From: Methanobacteriota archaeon
GTDB taxonomy: Archaea; Methanobacteriota; Methanobacteria; Methanobacteriales; Methanobacteriaceae
Assembly: GCA_963787255.1 (NCBI GenBank)
Contig: CAWBCJ010000029.1
Span: forward strand, 160,001-224,000
Direction: 5' to 3'
DNA length: 64,000 bases
Shown piece after piece: positions 43,851 to 53,952 of this stretch. Position 1 is the first letter of the stretch. Every line of letters begins with the position of its first letter. The position numbers and the translations under genes were made by a program. The notes below the pieces were generated by a model. It saw only the letters and a list, made by a program, of their open reading frames with translations, was not told where the DNA came from and did no database searches.

Positions 43851-44654
43851 TTATTTTATTCCAATACCCTTAAAGAAATTGTAAAAGAACACTCCATCAG
43901 CTTCTGTAGTTTTATATAAATCATTTATTCCTTTTTCCCATAATTCAGCATCCATTAACCCTGAAGAAATTGCTTGATCCTTAACTCCTTCAACCATTGC
44001 TATAATTGTCTTTTTATTGAAGCCTTCTACCAATTCAGGATTACTGGAATCTACATATACTATTTTTGGAGAAACATGAACATCTTGAAAACCAGAATTT
44101 TTTAATAGAGGATATATTTCTCTTCCAATCATTGGATTGCAATCTAATCTTTTCTGGCATTCAATAAGGCATTTCCACGCTTGAACTGCCTCTTCTGTTT
44201 CTGGATGGAAATAACATGATCCGTGATCACCTTCAATAACTGTAATGGAACCTCCCTTCTTAAGAACTCTCTTTAGGCTCATTAATGTGGCTATTGGATC
44301 CGGTAAATGCTCAAGCACGAAGCATACAAAGATATGATCAAAAATTTCTTCTTCAAATGGCAAATCGTAGATGTCTGCTACCTGAAATTCCACATTTGAA
44401 AATCCATTTTGCTCTATTAAATATTTTGCTTGATTTATTGATTCTTCAGATATGTCAATAGATGTTATTTTAGCATTGGGACTGTTTTTCGCAAGCATTA
44501 CAGTTTGTGCCCCAACTCCGCAGCCTGCTTCTAAAACTCTGGATCCTGCAGAGTATTTAGTATCATCATGCATTAAACTGGCCAATGTACTGGCCTGATC
44601 CTTGAGTCTATTGGCCTCTTCATCTGAATATCCATGAACATAATCATCTCTCAT
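43851..44654 (-). CDS. class I SAM-dependent methyltransferase
   Basis: YVHGY, VLEAGCGVG, FVLEHL, LKKGG. Confidence 0.9.
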   Translation of the reverse strand: MRDDYVHGYSDEEANRLKDQASTLASLMHDDTKYSAGSRVLEAGCGVGAQTVMLAKNSPNAKITSIDISEESINQAKYLIEQNGFSNVEFQVADIYDLPFEEEIFDHIFVCFVLEHLPDPIATLMSLKRVLKKGGSITVIEGDHGSCYFHPETEEAVQAWKCLIECQKRLDCNPMIGREIYPLLKNSGFQDVHVSPKIVYVDSSNPELVEGFNKKTIIAMVEGVKDQAISSGLMDAELWEKGINDLYKTTEADGVFFYNFFKGIGIK

Positions 44655-44800
44655 AAATTTTTAACCACCTTAAAAATATTACTGCTTCAAATGAATGCTA
44701 AATATCTTCAAAAACTCTAAATAGAAAATATAGTACACGTACTATTTAAAGCCTTAGAGTTCATATATGTGCATTAATTCAAAATAATAAAGTCTTTTCA

Positions 44801-45400
44801 TTACGGCCAATTCGTATTAAAAACATTTTCTAAAGCTTCAGTTAAATTTAGACTGTTTTCCAGTATTTGTATAACCTTTTCATTGGGTTCTGCATATAAA
44901 TTAAGAAAATCAACTTCTCCCTTTTCTACTCTTGGTGAATAAGCTAGAAATTCCTTTTCGAGGCTGAATACTGCATTAATCCCATTTTCATTCCCACGGG
45001 CATCTAATCTTATCCATTTATCAATACTTTTAATGAAAACCCCATTTAATCCATGCAGACCCAATTGATCATCAAATTGAAGTTTTTGGTAACAAAAACC
45101 TGTTGGAATACCTAAATTTCTTAAAATTGCCGCCATTAAATGAGATTTTGCAAAACACAATCCATGCTTATATTTTAAAACTTCAGAAGCTCTGCATGTG
45201 ACAATACCACTTCCAATATCCATTGAATGTGAGATATCATCTCTTACAAATTCATAAACAGTTTTTACAAGTTCAACTTCATTTTCAATGCCTTCAGATA
45301 GTTCGCTGGCCATTATTTCGATAGAATCATTATTACAATCTATAATCTCACTGCATTGGAGATAAAAGGATAAATCACTGCTTTTTAGTCTGAGTTGCAT
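44801..45400 (-). CDS. transglutaminase-like family protein
   Basis: GLCFAKSHL (catalytic Cys), LHGLN, WIRLDARGN. Confidence 0.88.
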   Translation of the reverse strand: MQLRLKSSDLSFYLQCSEIIDCNNDSIEIMASELSEGIENEVELVKTVYEFVRDDISHSMDIGSGIVTCRASEVLKYKHGLCFAKSHLMAAILRNLGIPTGFCYQKLQFDDQLGLHGLNGVFIKSIDKWIRLDARGNENGINAVFSLEKEFLAYSPRVEKGEVDFLNLYAEPNEKVIQILENSLNLTEALENVFNTNWP

Positions 45401-45439
45401 TAAAAAAACCTTAAAATTGATTTTAATAGTATATAATAA

Positions 45440-46279
45440 TTAAATTTCTAATAAATCTTTTAAATTATCATAGGAATATAATGATCCGTTTTTAGCAAAT
45501 TTTAAGAGTTCATCATCCTCAAGATGCTCAAGAGAGCTATTAATTGCCTGGAGACTTGAATATATCAGTAATGTAGGTAAACTTACCCTTGCTACCCCAC
45601 ATTTCACTAAATCATGGATCGAAAACTCTTTTACATTATAAGGCATCCCTGCAGCGACGCTTACAGGCCCTTTAACTTCCCTGACAATTTTTTTAACCTC
45701 TTCAATAGTTTCAACATAGGTTATAAACGCTAAATCAGCGCCTGCTTCAATGTACTGATTAGCTCGGTCAATAGCAATTTTTAATCCTTTACCCCTATTT
45801 TCAGCAGATCTTAAAGCGTCAGTGCGTCCATTGATTATAAAATCATGATTATTTTCTGCTTCCGCTGTTTCACGGGCCAATATGATTTTTTGAGCCATTA
45901 AATCCCCATCTACAATGGACAATGGAGTTTTACCATCTGGAATCTGGTCTTCAATGTTAAGTCCTGCAACTCCTGCCTGTATAAATCTATCAACTGTTTC
46001 TATTACTTCTTCAGGGCCACCATAGCCGTCTTCAGCATCTGCCATTACAGGAACGTCCACTGCCTCTACAATTCGGCGCGTCCATTCAATATTATCATCT
46101 AAAGTCACGTCTATTTCTCTTTTATAACCTGCTGCAATGGAAAAACTGTATCCTGAGCACTGAACAGCTTTAAATCCCGCTTTTTCAATTAGTCTGGCAC
46201 TTATAGGGTCATATGCATCAGGCATGATCAGTGTTTCGCTCGAATTTAACAATTTTTTTAGTTTCTTGCTTTTATTCAT
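45440..46279 (-). CDS. isocitrate lyase/PEP mutase superfamily protein
   Basis: AYDPISA, ADAEDGYG, NIEDQ, INGRTDA, AGAD. Confidence 0.9.
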   Translation of the reverse strand: MNKSKKLKKLLNSSETLIMPDAYDPISARLIEKAGFKAVQCSGYSFSIAAGYKREIDVTLDDNIEWTRRIVEAVDVPVMADAEDGYGGPEEVIETVDRFIQAGVAGLNIEDQIPDGKTPLSIVDGDLMAQKIILARETAEAENNHDFIINGRTDALRSAENRGKGLKIAIDRANQYIEAGADLAFITYVETIEEVKKIVREVKGPVSVAAGMPYNVKEFSIHDLVKCGVARVSLPTLLIYSSLQAINSSLEHLEDDELLKFAKNGSLYSYDNLKDLLEI

Positions 46280-46412
46280 GAATAATACCTTGCTGAAAAA
46301 TTTAAATCAATTATACTTGTTTATACTGTTTTTTGCTAAAAGATATAGTTTTATAAATTCATTAAATTATTTTGTACTTTAACCTGGTTATATCCTTTTT
46401 TAATCTCTTAAT

Positions 46413-47090
46413 CTAATTTAACTTCTCAAAATCAAAATCAGGCTTGATAAAGCGTGCTGTGTAGTTTATAAAACTTCCCTCAACGGTATCAAAGAAGAAA
46501 CCTGCATTTTCGCATTGTTGAATTGTGGTTGATTTAAGGGGATAGTCTGGGTCAGGGATGAATTCTGTAATTGCAAGAAGACCTCCAGGTTTTAAAACCC
46601 TTTTTATTTCAATTAATGCCTTTCTTTTTTCTGGAATTTCTTGAAGAACTGCCACCATGTATACTAAATCAAAATGATTATCTTTAAATGGCATTTTACA
46701 TGCATCTCCTTCTATCAAGAATATATTTCCAATATCCCTATTCTCAAATCTCATTAATTTTTTCTTCAGTTGGTCTAACATCTCAAGCTGAATATCAAGA
46801 GCAAATACTGCCCCATCTTTTCCTACAGCCCTTGCAATATGATCTGTAAACGCCCCACTGCCACAGCCGGCTTCTAAAACACACATTCCTTCTTCAATAC
46901 CGCTTCTTTTTATTAATTTACCTGGAGGTTGAATTTTACGTCTGTAATTGCTGTCCAAATATTTTCCCATAAAATATGGAACTGGAAAAGGTCGTATTCT
47001 ACCTACAATACTCAATGAAATCCATAAAACAGTGAATAATACAGGGATAACTAATAAAATTGATATTATTGAAATTTCCACATTTTTCAC
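46413..47090 (-). CDS. class I SAM-dependent methyltransferase with N-terminal TM
   Basis: VLEAGCGSG, ALDIQ, VLKPGG. Confidence 0.88.
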   Translation of the reverse strand: MKNVEISIISILLVIPVLFTVLWISLSIVGRIRPFPVPYFMGKYLDSNYRRKIQPPGKLIKRSGIEEGMCVLEAGCGSGAFTDHIARAVGKDGAVFALDIQLEMLDQLKKKLMRFENRDIGNIFLIEGDACKMPFKDNHFDLVYMVAVLQEIPEKRKALIEIKRVLKPGGLLAITEFIPDPDYPLKSTTIQQCENAGFFFDTVEGSFINYTARFIKPDFDFEKLN

Positions 47091-47248
47091 CCATTTAATG
47101 AAATCTGTTTAAAAGTTTTTGTGTTACTTAGTTATGTAATTACATTTTAATAAATTATATTATATAATTAATATTTCCAATGTTTAAAAAAGTCTTATAT
47201 TGTAATCCAAAAAATATTTAAGCAAATATAGAAATAATAAGTTTTTCT

Positions 47249-47320
47249 AGTCCCTTGGGGTAGTGGTAATCCTGTAAGGCTCTGGACCTTTCGACGGCGG
47301 TTCGACTCCGCTAGGGACTA
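47249..47320 (+). tRNA. tRNA-Gln(CTG)
   Basis: AGTCCCT/AGGGACT acceptor, CT-CTG-GA loop, GGCGG-TTCGACT-CCGCT. TATA-like TTTAAG about 27 nt upstream. Confidence 0.95.
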
Positions 47321-47392
47321 CTTTCATTTCAAATCTTTAATTTAGATGGATTTCTTGAAATATACAAGCATGAAATAAAAAAATATCTCTTT

Positions 47393-48148
47393 TTAAAATT
47401 CAGCTATAACAAGCATTTCATAATCTTCTGTTGTTAGATCATTATCTCTACTGAAATTTCCAATTTCACAGCCAAATATATCAATTTTGTTGAAGTTCAG
47501 AGATTTAAGGAGCCATGTAATTTCAGAGGGCACATAATAGCGTTCATTACACTCTAAAACTTTCAAATTTCCATTATCATCTTCAACTTCAAAGGTTGAT
47601 TTATCTCGAAAAGTCATTATATCAAAAGAATTCTCTTTACTCGACCCATCCACCACATTAGAATCCATGAAATCTTTAACAGAATGATAAAGTGGATAAA
47701 GACCATTTAAAGTTGTAAATATCAACTTTCCATCAGTATTTAAGGCTCTTGATGCATTTTTTAGGATTTCAAAGTTCATTTCGTCTGTTTCCATTAGAGG
47801 AAATGCTCCTTCGCAGATCATAATTGCCAGATTAAATTGATCTTCAAAATGTAAGTTTCGGGCATCTGCCACCTGTAAATCCACATCTAAACCAGAAATT
47901 CGGGCTTTCTCTTTTGCCTTTTCAATCATGGATTCAGATAAATCAATTCCAGTAACATTATAACCGCGTTTTGCAAGTTCTATAGCGTGCCTGCCGGTTC
48001 CACAGCCGATATCAAGAATTTTAAAGTTTTTATTGTGATTTATCTCTTTTTCAATGAAATCAACTTCTCCAAGAGTTCCCTTAGTGAAATTCTCCTTTTC
48101 ATATTTATTTGCGTAGTTTATAAAGAGTTCTTCATACCACTTTTTCAT
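47393..48148 (-). CDS. class I SAM-dependent methyltransferase
   Basis: ILDIGCGTGRHA, GIDLS. Confidence 0.9.
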   Translation of the reverse strand: MKKWYEELFINYANKYEKENFTKGTLGEVDFIEKEINHNKNFKILDIGCGTGRHAIELAKRGYNVTGIDLSESMIEKAKEKARISGLDVDLQVADARNLHFEDQFNLAIMICEGAFPLMETDEMNFEILKNASRALNTDGKLIFTTLNGLYPLYHSVKDFMDSNVVDGSSKENSFDIMTFRDKSTFEVEDDNGNLKVLECNERYYVPSEITWLLKSLNFNKIDIFGCEIGNFSRDNDLTTEDYEMLVIAEF

Positions 48149-48269
48149 CTATATCTCTCCTGCTGTTAAACTAAAGATATTCCTGTTAAAATAAGTGTTA
48201 TGCATGAAATCTATCGAATTAACGTCCAGTAGTAATAGTTACCCAATGTACACTGAATTTTTATAAAAA

Positions 48270-48833
48270 CTATTTCATTTTAAATACTATAAACAATTGT
48301 TCAGGTAAAAAATCAAATTTTTCAAATACATAAAAACCAGCTTTCTCCAAGTCAGCTATGAGAACTTCTTTAGGAGTATAATGGCCTAAAATACCCGTAA
48401 AACTAAATCCTTTATTTTTATAATCTATTATTGCTATTTTACCCTCTTTTTTAATAAATTGTTTTATATTTTTAAAGTATTCATCCTGTTGGGGCAAATG
48501 ATGAAATACATTTCTTAAAAAGAATAAATCAACTTTTTCAGGTAATGATAAACCCTTTTCATTCGCTAATACAGTTTCTATATTGATTAAACCTTCTTTT
48601 TTCAACTTACCATCAATATAATCTAAAGATTTCTGATTGGTATCAATTGCAAAAACTTTACCTTTTTCTCCTGCTTTTTTTGAAAATTCAAAGGTAAAAT
48701 ATCCACCTCCAGCACCAATATCAGCGATAATATCTCCTTTTTGTATGTCAAGGCTTTTAATTATATCTATTGACTTATTCTTAGGTGAAGATGCTTCTCT
48801 ATTAAGCATATTCAATCTAAAGTTTGTAAACAT
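48270..48833 (-). CDS. class I SAM-dependent methyltransferase
   Basis: IADIGAGGGYF, NVFHHL. Confidence 0.9.
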   Translation of the reverse strand: MFTNFRLNMLNREASSPKNKSIDIIKSLDIQKGDIIADIGAGGGYFTFEFSKKAGEKGKVFAIDTNQKSLDYIDGKLKKEGLINIETVLANEKGLSLPEKVDLFFLRNVFHHLPQQDEYFKNIKQFIKKEGKIAIIDYKNKGFSFTGILGHYTPKEVLIADLEKAGFYVFEKFDFLPEQLFIVFKMK

Positions 48834-48876
48834 TTTAATCCTCCAAATAAATTATATTATTTAAAAATTCATTGAA

Positions 48877-49338
48877 TTATATTGCTTCAAGTGGAGCATT
48901 CGTAAGTAATGTGCCCCAATTAACCCCATGACCTACCTCTGGCGTTACCAGTGAATTTTTTTCAATCCGCCCAAGACCTGCCAGATTTGCAACTAATTTA
49001 TGTAAAGAAATAAATGTTCTGTCATTCATACTTTCTGCTTTAGGCACAGAAAATACTTTATATCCTTCATTTTGTAATAAACGGATTAAATGTGCGGTAA
49101 TAGTTTTTAATTTACAATTTGTTTCACTATAAAACTCATTAATTCTAACTGTTAATAACTCATCTGTGATTGCATAAGGTAACGTAACTCCCACAGAGAT
49201 TGCTCGCGGATATTCAGCAATTAATGACCCATATTGCTCAATCATAGTATTTTTTGAAAGAGATAAGTCTGCAATACCTAAAAAATAATCCTCACATTCA
49301 TCTTCAATAGTTTTTCTTAACATATCCTCAAATTGCAT
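48877..49338 (-). CDS. QueG/reductive-dehalogenase-like N-terminal domain protein lacking the 4Fe-4S C-terminus
   Basis: LGIADL, PRAIS, SLHKLVANLAGLGRIEKNSLVTPEVG..LLTNAPL. Confidence 0.7.
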   Translation of the reverse strand: MQFEDMLRKTIEDECEDYFLGIADLSLSKNTMIEQYGSLIAEYPRAISVGVTLPYAITDELLTVRINEFYSETNCKLKTITAHLIRLLQNEGYKVFSVPKAESMNDRTFISLHKLVANLAGLGRIEKNSLVTPEVGHGVNWGTLLTNAPLEAI

Positions 49339-49482
49339 AAATTTTACATCCTTTTTTAGGCTTTAAAAAGTCATTTAACTTTTTTTTATTGCAAATGTCA
49401 AGTTCTATATAAGTAAATATTTGTATATGGATTAATCCAAATACAAACAATACTTCAATTATTTAATTTCTTTTTCACCTTT

Positions 49483-50667
49483 TTACCGTGTCATTGATTT
49501 CCTAAATAGCGGTACAGCAATAGCCATAGTAACGATGCCAAAAGCGACGAGTATGACTATCTGGTACATTACATCACCAATACCTGCATTTAAGAGCATT
49601 ATTTTACGCATTGCATCGGCTGCATAAGTTAGAGGGATGAATTGTGAGATAGCCTGCATAAACCATGGCATCTGCTGAATCGGGTAGAATACACCTCCCA
49701 GAAACATCATAGGAAACATTAACAGGTTCACAATCATCGTACTTGATGCCTGATCTCCAGACATGGAAATAGCCATTATTCCAATTCCTATGAAGCTGAA
49801 TATGCCCAGAAGGAGCAAAAAGAATGCCAACAGGAGGCTTCCCTGGATAGTGACTCCAAAGATGACCATGGCCAATGCAAGTATCATAACACACTGTATA
49901 AAACCTCTGGTACACAGCGCAGCAGTTTTACCAATGATAACAGAAACCTGGCTAATTGGTGCTGATAACATTCCGTCAAATGTACCCATTTCCTTTTCTT
50001 TTGAGATCGCTTCCGGAATCCCGGTCATGACAGTCATCATCACAATCATGATCATCAGTCCCGGTGCCAGAAAGTTGAAGTAGTTTGTTTGCCCCGGTAT
50101 TGTTGTCTGGATGTTTGGAGTGTAAGGGAAAATCATGGCTTGTGGGTTAACAGATTGATTTGTTGCCTTGCTCAGATTTAATACATTAGCTTCTGCTTTC
50201 ATATTGTTCATGCCACTAACTGTACTGGATAATACTTGCTGGATCTGCATGGAACTTTGAGGGTTGCTGTTATCGACATATACTGTGAAATTGCCAGATT
50301 TTCCATGCGTCAAATTATTGGAGAATCCAGGAGGTATGATAAGTACACCATACAGTTTGCCTTCTTTTATCTTGGTCATGGCCTCATCCACACTGGAAAA
50401 GCTCGTAAACTCCATGAAATGAGTATTGTTATTAACTGCTTCAAGCTGTGCTATGAATTCACTGCTTCCCTGCCCCTGATCGAGATTAACCAGCCCCATT
50501 GGCATATGTTGCTGCGTGTTACCACTTGGAAAAATGAAGCCAAACATGACCAGAAAAATTAATGGCATGATAAAAAGTGCTGCAAGTTGCATACGGTTAC
50601 GTCTAAATGCAAGCATATCCTTGGCCATTACATGATAACTGTCTTTTAATGTTTTCATTGCATCCAT
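49483..50667 (-). CDS. ABC-2 type exporter permease
   Basis: NFLAPGL, EKEMGT, FLGGVFYP, IPLTYA. Confidence 0.93.
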   Translation of the reverse strand: MDAMKTLKDSYHVMAKDMLAFRRNRMQLAALFIMPLIFLVMFGFIFPSGNTQQHMPMGLVNLDQGQGSSEFIAQLEAVNNNTHFMEFTSFSSVDEAMTKIKEGKLYGVLIIPPGFSNNLTHGKSGNFTVYVDNSNPQSSMQIQQVLSSTVSGMNNMKAEANVLNLSKATNQSVNPQAMIFPYTPNIQTTIPGQTNYFNFLAPGLMIMIVMMTVMTGIPEAISKEKEMGTFDGMLSAPISQVSVIIGKTAALCTRGFIQCVMILALAMVIFGVTIQGSLLLAFFLLLLGIFSFIGIGIMAISMSGDQASSTMIVNLLMFPMMFLGGVFYPIQQMPWFMQAISQFIPLTYAADAMRKIMLLNAGIGDVMYQIVILVAFGIVTMAIAVPLFRKSMTR

Positions 50668-50671
50668 AATT

Positions 50672-51688
50672 TCACCTTACCCTCGCTTTTGGTGCCTGTC
50701 CGTGTCCATGGTTCACTGGAGCTAATTTTTCGCTTGCCTGATCACGCATTTCCTTACCTGTGACAGCTAAAAAAACATCTTCCAGTGTAGATTCATTGCT
50801 ATTGGTTATGGATGCAATATTGCCACCTTCATGACGGATAGTGTCAATGATCTGATTAAGAGCATCTGTACCCTTTGCACTGATCTTCAAATTGTAATGA
50901 TCTTGTTGTGCAACGGCAGTAACGACATCAAGCGACTCAATCTTCCCAATCAGTTCAGATGTTAGATTCGTAATTTTAGTGCCAAATACAGTTGTATCAC
51001 TATCTGCTATCATATTCTTCAGGTTCTGTGGAGTGTCAAGAGCAACAATCTTACCATGATCGATGATTGCGACTCGATCACTCAGTGCTTCTGCTTCTGT
51101 CATTGCATGTGTAGTTAATATAACTGTTACTCCACTTTCGTTGATTTCCCTTGTAATATCTCTTATAGAAAATGTTGTCTGCGGGTCAAGGCCAAGTGTT
51201 GGCTCGTCCATGAAAATAATTTTCGGCTCTGACAACAATGCCCTTATAACGTTAATCCGCTGCTTCATACCAGTTGAAAACTTGCCTACTTGTGTATGTT
51301 TCCATTCCTGCATATCAACCAGCTCAAGCAGTTCATCAATTTTCTCTTCCAGTTTCTTTTTTGGTATAGCGTAGAGCTTCCCAAAGAATCTTAAGTTTTC
51401 AGCTGCAGTAAGGTTGTCATACATGATCATCTTTTCTGCAACCAGCCCAATATTCTCACGAACCTTAGCAGAATCTTTAATCAAGTCATAACCCGCAACC
51501 TTAGCAGAACCTGAGCTAGGTTGGGCAAGCGTGCAGAGCACCCGTATGGTAGTACTCTTTCCCGCGCCGTTAGGGCCTAAAAATCCGAATATTTCCCCTT
51601 CTTTTACCGTCAGCGATAAATCATCCACTGCAGTGAAATCACCAAACTTTTTAGTGAGGTTATTTACCTCTATAGCTTGTTTTGTCAT
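50672..51688 (-). CDS. ABC exporter ATP-binding protein (DrrA-like)
   Basis: GPNGAGKS, FSTGMKQR, MDEPTLGLD, TTH, TLEDVFL. Confidence 0.95.
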   Translation of the reverse strand: MTKQAIEVNNLTKKFGDFTAVDDLSLTVKEGEIFGFLGPNGAGKSTTIRVLCTLAQPSSGSAKVAGYDLIKDSAKVRENIGLVAEKMIMYDNLTAAENLRFFGKLYAIPKKKLEEKIDELLELVDMQEWKHTQVGKFSTGMKQRINVIRALLSEPKIIFMDEPTLGLDPQTTFSIRDITREINESGVTVILTTHAMTEAEALSDRVAIIDHGKIVALDTPQNLKNMIADSDTTVFGTKITNLTSELIGKIESLDVVTAVAQQDHYNLKISAKGTDALNQIIDTIRHEGGNIASITNSNESTLEDVFLAVTGKEMRDQASEKLAPVNHGHGQAPKARVR

Positions 51689-51689
51689 A

Positions 51690-52247
51690 TTATTCCTCTT
51701 GGAGCGAATCTTTTATTTTTTTGAGCCTCTCGCTCAGATTTACTATCAATTCTTCGTGGGAAACTAACTTCTCCTTTTTAATGTCCTCTAAATAAGAGAC
51801 ATAGCCATCGATATCCGCTAATGCACTTTTTATTGCAAATGCTCCACGATCCTTATTTTTGCCATATTGTCCATGCAAATGCCCAAATATTTTATATACA
51901 ATTTCCTGCCCTTTTTCAGTCAACTCGTATCTTCCGTCTTCATTTTTGACTATCAAATTTTCATCTACCATTTTTTTCAACATTGGATATACAGAACCCG
52001 GCGAAGGTCGCTTTGAAGTATGAATTCCCATTTTCTTTTCATGGTGTCTGTGGCCCCTATGATACATTTGATGTAATCCTTCATGGTGCTCCTGGATAGA
52101 GTCCATTATCTCTACACCATTTTTTGGGCCATCATCAAGAACGTGGAGTATCCATATTCTCAAGCCTCTGGATTTTTGCATTTCCGCTATTCTTTCATGA
52201 AATTTTTCATGAAGATTTTTCCACGTGTTCCACATTTTTTGCATCAC
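51690..52247 (-). CDS. PadR family transcriptional regulator with His-rich insert
   Basis: LRIWILHVL..GPKNG.EIM, PSPGSVYPML, YELTEKG. Confidence 0.9.
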   Translation of the reverse strand: MMQKMWNTWKNLHEKFHERIAEMQKSRGLRIWILHVLDDGPKNGVEIMDSIQEHHEGLHQMYHRGHRHHEKKMGIHTSKRPSPGSVYPMLKKMVDENLIVKNEDGRYELTEKGQEIVYKIFGHLHGQYGKNKDRGAFAIKSALADIDGYVSYLEDIKKEKLVSHEELIVNLSERLKKIKDSLQEE

Positions 52248-52253
52248 TTCCGG

Positions 52254-52378
52254 TTATCGTTTATTTGATATAATATCGTTAATTTGATATTAAAAATAGG
52301 ATATAATATCTCTTTATGCTGATTATAATCCGATTTATTGTGATCAATATCAAGTTCTCGATATCGACTAATCGATAT
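52254..52378. promoter_or_regulatory. four copies of the palindrome ATATCR-N6-YGATAT, a putative PadR operator array
   Basis: Copies at 52254-52271, 52273-52290, 52347-52364 and 52361-52378, downstream of a minus-strand TATA box at about 52390. Confidence 0.65.
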
Positions 52379-52454
52379 TATTGCTGAATTTATATAAATA
52401 GTTTGTGGTATTTGAAAAAAAATATAAAAATAAAAATTAAAAATCTCTAAATCA

Positions 52455-53096
52455 TCAGTTCTTCATTTTGGTCAAGGAATAAAGCTTTATTCCTGTCACA
52501 AATATCCAGATCATCCACACTGCAATGAAAAGCCGTTCGCTTGCTCCATGAAAAGAAGAAAATTGAGTGTACGAGAGAAATATAAGTGTGAGTATTGACA
52601 GCAATCCACTTATCAGCGAGTATATTCGATAACGTCCCCATATAGCATCATCACTTCCTCTAAGCGCCTGCCAGGTCAAAAATTGTGCTATTATTATCAC
52701 TAAAAATGCGATGGCACTTACTAGACCATGTGATACTACATCTTTTGCGTAAGTTACATCTGTCCCAACGGAGAACAATGTCACACCTGCAAGTATTATA
52801 CACAATCCAAATATAATTACCAGCCATTTTGTTGCTTTTCCTGCACGATATGGTAGCTTAGCGCCAAGACCAATAGCAAAACCTATGGATAAAAGACCAA
52901 AAACTATGAAATTTATATTTTGAATTATCGAATAGGGCCCAATGCCAAGGTCACTAACATCATTAAATATCTGGCTGTATCCCGGTCGAAGAAAACTTTC
53001 CACGATTACGAGAAGAGTAAATAAAATTGGTGCAACAATACCACAGAGAGCGTAAAGCCGTTGCTTTTTTATAAATGTAACATTTTTCTCAGTCAT
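52455..53096 (-). CDS. DUF998 family membrane protein
   Basis: LRPGYS..VSDLG, SHGL, GASERL, about 6 TMs. Confidence 0.85.
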   Translation of the reverse strand: MTEKNVTFIKKQRLYALCGIVAPILFTLLVIVESFLRPGYSQIFNDVSDLGIGPYSIIQNINFIVFGLLSIGFAIGLGAKLPYRAGKATKWLVIIFGLCIILAGVTLFSVGTDVTYAKDVVSHGLVSAIAFLVIIIAQFLTWQALRGSDDAIWGRYRIYSLISGLLSILTLIFLSYTQFSSFHGASERLFIAVWMIWIFVTGIKLYSLTKMKN

Positions 53097-53161
53097 ATTC
53101 TATTTCCTCCAAATACCTTTCCCCAAATAAACCTAAAGTATTTATTAATTGAAATTCAAAT

Positions 53162-53180
53162 AAGTGAACAATGTTCACTT
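53162..53180. promoter_or_regulatory. perfect palindrome AAGTGAACA-A-TGTTCACTT, putative TetR operator
   Basis: 9-bp arms, located between the divergent DUF998 and TetR genes. Confidence 0.65.
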
Positions 53181-53332
53181 GTATTATAGAATTAATCTTT
53201 AATAAGGTTTTCCAGTACCTGTTAATTAATAAAAGTATGAATCTAAGAATTTATGCATAAAAATCTATATTTCCATAAAACTTTTCAAGATTGAACGTTT
53301 CTATACTATTTAAAGAAATTATTTAAAATTTT

Positions 53333-53947
53333 ATGTGGCCTAAAATGACGCTAAAAAAATATGAAAGAGATAAAGAAACAAAAATTCAACGCATAATTCA
53401 ATCAACCAAAATTCTTGTGGAAGATAATGGATATAGTACGGTTTCAATCCGCGATATAGCAAAAAAAGCCAATGTGAGTATTGGATTAATATACAAGTAT
53501 TTTCCAAAGGGTAAATTCGAAATACTTAAGCAGCTGAGTTTAGAACACATGAATGAAAATTTCATGATAAACCAGCCCGAAAAAATTAATTTTGCGGACT
53601 TTCCAGGTTACATAAGAAAAGTCAATGAAAACATGCTTGAATTACATAATAAAAATGCTAAACTAATAAAAGCGTTCACCATCGCGGCGTTAATGGAAGA
53701 TAATGCGCTTGAAGACATTAAAATGGCCAATACAGAAGACTATGTTATTATTTCAGAATTTTTCAGCAATTTCAAAGGAGTGGAACTTTCAGATAAAGAT
53801 CCTGTAAATATGCTAACCGAGTGGTCACTGACTGTAAAAAGTCTGATATTTTACAACACTATGTTTCCAACCATTTTTAAAGATGAAGAATCACTTCTAA
53901 ATATGTTAGTTGACATTTCATTGAAGATATGGGATTACAAACCATAA
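53333..53947 (+). CDS. TetR/AcrR family transcriptional regulator
   Basis: GYSTVSIRDIAKKANVSIGLIYKYF HTH. Confidence 0.92.
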   Translation: MWPKMTLKKYERDKETKIQRIIQSTKILVEDNGYSTVSIRDIAKKANVSIGLIYKYFPKGKFEILKQLSLEHMNENFMINQPEKINFADFPGYIRKVNENMLELHNKNAKLIKAFTIAALMEDNALEDIKMANTEDYVIISEFFSNFKGVELSDKDPVNMLTEWSLTVKSLIFYNTMFPTIFKDEESLLNMLVDISLKIWDYKP

Positions 53948-53952
53948 TCACT

